A stretch of DNA of 20,000 bases from an uncultured virus (IMG/VR IMGVR_UViG_3300042893_001183). Taxonomy: Duplodnaviria; Heunggongvirae; Uroviricota; Caudoviricetes. This document shows, in pieces, positions 17,324-20,000 of this stretch. The stretch lies in the IMG/VR virus record IMGVR_UViG_3300042893_001183; one strand, given 5' to 3'. The notes beneath the pieces were generated by a model. The model worked only from the letters and a program-made list of their open reading frames with translations. It ran no database searches and was not told where the DNA came from. The position numbers and the translations under genes are program-made. Position 1 is the first letter of the stretch; the number at the start of each line of letters is the position of its first letter.

Positions 17324-19927
17324 TTATATAATATCTATTTCAATATTATCGTTATTTTCTGCCGTAGCAATTGAATCATCTTCAAATAATAAGAAGTATA
17401 GTTGGGTTGATGTTGGGGTTGGAGTTGTTGTTGGTGTATTAGTCGGTGTAGATGTTGTAGTTGGTGTTGGTGAACTAGTCGGTGTAGGTGTTGGAGTTGG
17501 GGTTTCTGTATTAGTTGGAGTTTGTGTTGGAGTTTCACTTGGTGTATTTGTAGGGGTTTCAGTTGGAGTTGGTGTTTGAGTTTCTGTTGTAGTTGGTGTT
17601 ACTCCAATAGTACCACTTGGAGTATTTGTTGGAGTAACACTTGGAGTATTTGTTGGAGTCTCTGTATTAGTAGGAGTTTGAGTTGGTGTATTTGTAGGTG
17701 TTTCAGACGGAGTATTAGTAGGAGTTTCCGTATTAGTAGGTGTGTTGGTAGGGGTTGGCGTTGGAGTTTCGGTATTTGTAGGAGTTACAGTATTAGTGGT
17801 GGTAACTGTTGGAGTCGGAGTTGGCGTTGGAGTCGATGTTTCAGTATTGGTTGGAGTTACTGTGTTGGTAGGAGTACTAGTTGGAGTCTCAGTGTTAGTA
17901 GGTGTTGGTGTTTCTGTTGCAGTATTTGTTGGAGTTTGAGTTGGAGTTTGAGTTGGGGTTGATGTTGGGCATGGATAGAAAGAAGAAAACAAATCATTAC
18001 ATGGTACCGTCAAATATCCTAAATCAGTACAAGGTACTGAGATATATAATAAATCGTTATTAGGTATAAAGATTCTACAATTAAGACAATTAGGGTCTAA
18101 TAGGTTATATCTGTTTTTTAATAACTTAAAGTTGTGTCTAATTTGAGATGCATTCAACGGTTCAGTATACATTCTAAATGCACTAACATCACCAATCATA
18201 CTACCACCAAAAATTTCTTCTAATCTTATTTGAGTTGTAAGACCTGAGTATTCAGTATGTTCTAAGTCATAATCAGTTAAACATTCAGGGTCTTGTTGAT
18301 ATGTAATACCACTTAACTCTGCGGGACACCCTGCAGAGAATGTTAAGTTGTCGTGAAGACCTTGAGTACCTCCTCCAACTGAAATATTATACCCAACCCC
18401 AATTTGTTTTTCTTTTTCAACATTAAGAAGTCTTGGGATTATTTCTTCAAAATTTTCAGCCACCAAAAATAATTTACCGTTAACATAAAATTTAAGAGTA
18501 CCTAATCTATATTTTTGTTCTTCGGTCCACATATCAGTAAATGTTACAACCTCTGTTGAAGGTGGAATATATCCTGGGTCATGTGTTATTGGTGGTTCAA
18601 CTAATGTTACACTTCTATTCTCTAATGTTGCAAAATATACATCATCAACTAAAAGACCAAGACCTCCCTTTTCATATAAGTCACAGGTATCAAACCATTC
18701 TCTTCTTTGGAATACGGCGTCTATTTGAACCCAATGTTCAACGTTAGGGTAAGTTGTTCCACTACAATCATCAAAGATTCCTCTTGTAGAACACCATTCA
18801 GTTACAGAAGTTCCTGTGTGATAAGTCAATCCTGTAAGACAAGTTCCACTGTATTCACACCCTCCTGTTATTCTATATGTCTTAACACATAGTCTTGGAC
18901 TACCAGTATCACCACTTAATCTTAAAGACAATGCATTTGAAACCCCATCATATAATGGGTCTTTCTCAGCGTATTTGGCTGTTGTTTGGCAATCACAAGG
19001 GCAACCACAAGTGCAATGAGTTATCGTACCTCCCGATGGTTGATACACCTGCAGACATTCAGATGAAGTATTTGCGGTACTTGCACAACCACAAGTATGC
19101 ATACAAGTTAACCCTGAAGTCACTCTTGTGTACCCTGTATCTTGTTTTGGTTCACCATCAGCATAATGATAGAATTTGTTTTCGGCTCTCGCCCCCATGT
19201 AGAAAAAAGTTCCCTTATTATCTGGATACCTTGCGTTAAGTCCGACAGAAGTATCTCCTGTCCATCTGTATCTTAACATAAATTCAGCTGTCCACCCTAA
19301 CGATACTCTTTGAGGGAACACCTGATAGTCGTATCCTGGTAACTTATAAAAACCTTGGAAGAATCCTCCGTTTAATCTGGCAAAATAACCCACAGGATTA
19401 CCATCCGTGGCGTAATACATATTATAGGAGTAAGAGTCATCATTCCACAATCTATTTTCTGAAGTTGTGAAACCAGTGATAGGGTGCATTTTCATTCTCC
19501 TATCATATTTGTATCTACTAAATCTGTCTGACTCTGTTTCGTAAAGACCAGTTGTTATTTCAATAGTCTCACCTGACATGTTTTTAACAAGTCCATTGTC
19601 AATACCTGTCAAACCAACATCACATAACTCAGTAACAATTGGACAAAAATTAGGGTCGGTATCAGTTGGATTCCAATAGTTTTCAGATACAATAGTATCA
19701 TCATCAAATGTGCATGAATTTGTTTGACATTTTGTAGTTCCTGAACTATTAAAGTCAAATTTGAACGGCATTCTATTACCATTATCCTCACCAATTAGTA
19801 ATGGTGAAAAAATAACTTCTTGGTCGTAGTCTTTCTCATCTGACGCGAGACAAATGTCCGTGACTTCGTTGACAGGTTTAATACCCCATCGTCTAAAATT
19901 ATATTGATTAATATTTTGATATGCCAT
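17324..19927 (-). CDS. Large virion protein: Cys-rich LamG/ConA-like lectin domain plus long mucin-like Thr-Pro stalk
   Basis: 867 aa. [21 protein letters not shown] and [28 protein letters not shown] are LamG/Laminin_G_3 motifs. Has [13 protein letters not shown] inserts, a 188-aa TP repeat and an acidic C-terminal LLFEDD..A.AENN.I motif. Confidence 0.7.
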   Translation of the reverse strand: MAYQNINQYNFRRWGIKPVNEVTDICLASDEKDYDQEVIFSPLLIGEDNGNRMPFKFDFNSSGTTKCQTNSCTFDDDTIVSENYWNPTDTDPNFCPIVTELCDVGLTGIDNGLVKNMSGETIEITTGLYETESDRFSRYKYDRRMKMHPITGFTTSENRLWNDDSYSYNMYYATDGNPVGYFARLNGGFFQGFYKLPGYDYQVFPQRVSLGWTAEFMLRYRWTGDTSVGLNARYPDNKGTFFYMGARAENKFYHYADGEPKQDTGYTRVTSGLTCMHTCGCASTANTSSECLQVYQPSGGTITHCTCGCPCDCQTTAKYAEKDPLYDGVSNALSLRLSGDTGSPRLCVKTYRITGGCEYSGTCLTGLTYHTGTSVTEWCSTRGIFDDCSGTTYPNVEHWVQIDAVFQRREWFDTCDLYEKGGLGLLVDDVYFATLENRSVTLVEPPITHDPGYIPPSTEVVTFTDMWTEEQKYRLGTLKFYVNGKLFLVAENFEEIIPRLLNVEKEKQIGVGYNISVGGGTQGLHDNLTFSAGCPAELSGITYQQDPECLTDYDLEHTEYSGLTTQIRLEEIFGGSMIGDVSAFRMYTEPLNASQIRHNFKLLKNRYNLLDPNCLNCRIFIPNNDLLYISVPCTDLGYLTVPCNDLFSSFYPCPTSTPTQTPTQTPTNTATETPTPTNTETPTSTPTNTVTPTNTETSTPTPTPTPTVTTTNTVTPTNTETPTPTPTNTPTNTETPTNTPSETPTNTPTQTPTNTETPTNTPSVTPTNTPSGTIGVTPTTTETQTPTPTETPTNTPSETPTQTPTNTETPTPTPTPTSSPTPTTTSTPTNTPTTTPTPTSTQLYFLLFEDDSIATAENNDNIEIDII
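17405..17968 (-). repeat. Coding Thr-Pro repeat (188 codons; [14 protein letters not shown] units)
   Basis: Degenerate GTTGG-rich repeats on the + strand, conserved at the protein level with heavy synonymous variation. Confidence 0.9.
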
Positions 19928-19936
19928 AAACTAATG

Positions 19937-19963
19937 ATAAATACATTGTGTCGTGGTATTTAT
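19937..19963. promoter_or_regulatory. Back-to-back divergent TATTTAT motifs
   Basis: Minus-strand TATTTAT at 19937-19943 (9 nt before ATG 19927) and plus-strand TATTTAT at 19957-19963 (16 nt before ATG 19980). Confidence 0.6.
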
Positions 19964-19979
19964 ATGATAAAAAGAACAG

Positions 19980-20000
19980 ATGATTGCAACAGATACCGAA
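19980..20000 (+). CDS. Start of a probable gene (MIATDTE...), truncated by the window end
   Basis: ATG at 19980 after TATTTAT and an A-rich leader. Only 7 codons are visible. Confidence 0.35.

Noticed and set aside
13968..17962. Plus-strand or alternate-frame ORFs 13968..14186, 15821..16012, 17335..17538, 17522..17962, 17742..17939
   Set aside because: Shadow frames of low-complexity repeats that happen to lack stops. They lie inside well-supported minus-strand genes.
18541..19794. Short ORFs 18541..18747, 18707..18892, 18895..19239, 19609..19794
   Set aside because: Nested in the 867-aa gene with no independent support.
1..20000. Alternative genetic code (stop-codon reassignment seen in some huge phages)
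   Set aside because: Genes are full length in code 11, and TAA, TAG (4522-4524) and TGA (5983-5985) all end genes at sensible positions.
1..20000. Eukaryotic giant virus (NCLDV) or cellular origin, suggested by PolB, SNF2, GT60 and LCIB
   Set aside because: The gp13-like neck protein, BppU-like gene, overlapping operon structure and Rho-independent terminator indicate a tailed bacteriophage.

Overview
AT-rich, densely coding segment of a large tailed dsDNA phage genome (T4-distant myovirus/jumbo-phage type), standard genetic code. A Bacteroidota host is plausible because Shine-Dalgarno motifs are largely absent and TTG-N19/20-TATATTTA promoters are present. Left part: neck/tail-completion genes (gp15-, gp14-, gp13-like), an SNF2/SMARCAL1-like helicase, a Mn/Fe superoxide dismutase fused to a PD-(D/E)xK-like domain, a family-B DNA polymerase with a structured 5' leader, and a BppU-like gene. 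Middle: a translationally coupled operon of four glycosyltransferase-like genes (GT60/Gnt1-like GlcNAc transferase, GT25, HtrL/YibB, HtrL+GT-A). Right: six Lys-poor, Ser/Thr/Gly/Cys-rich putative virion-surface proteins. Three carry mucin-like Thr-Pro repeats, all carry a [ST]G-x-T motif, and one has an LCIB/theta-class carbonic anhydrase domain grafted onto a shared N-terminal module. Best candidate for an undescribed system: phage-encoded mucin-type O-glycosylation of virion proteins (a phage 'glycocalyx') together with virion-displayed or virion-packaged enzymes. Most structural genes have a coding-strand TATTTAT just upstream of the start (candidate late promoter). All assignments are by motif recognition; no searches were run.
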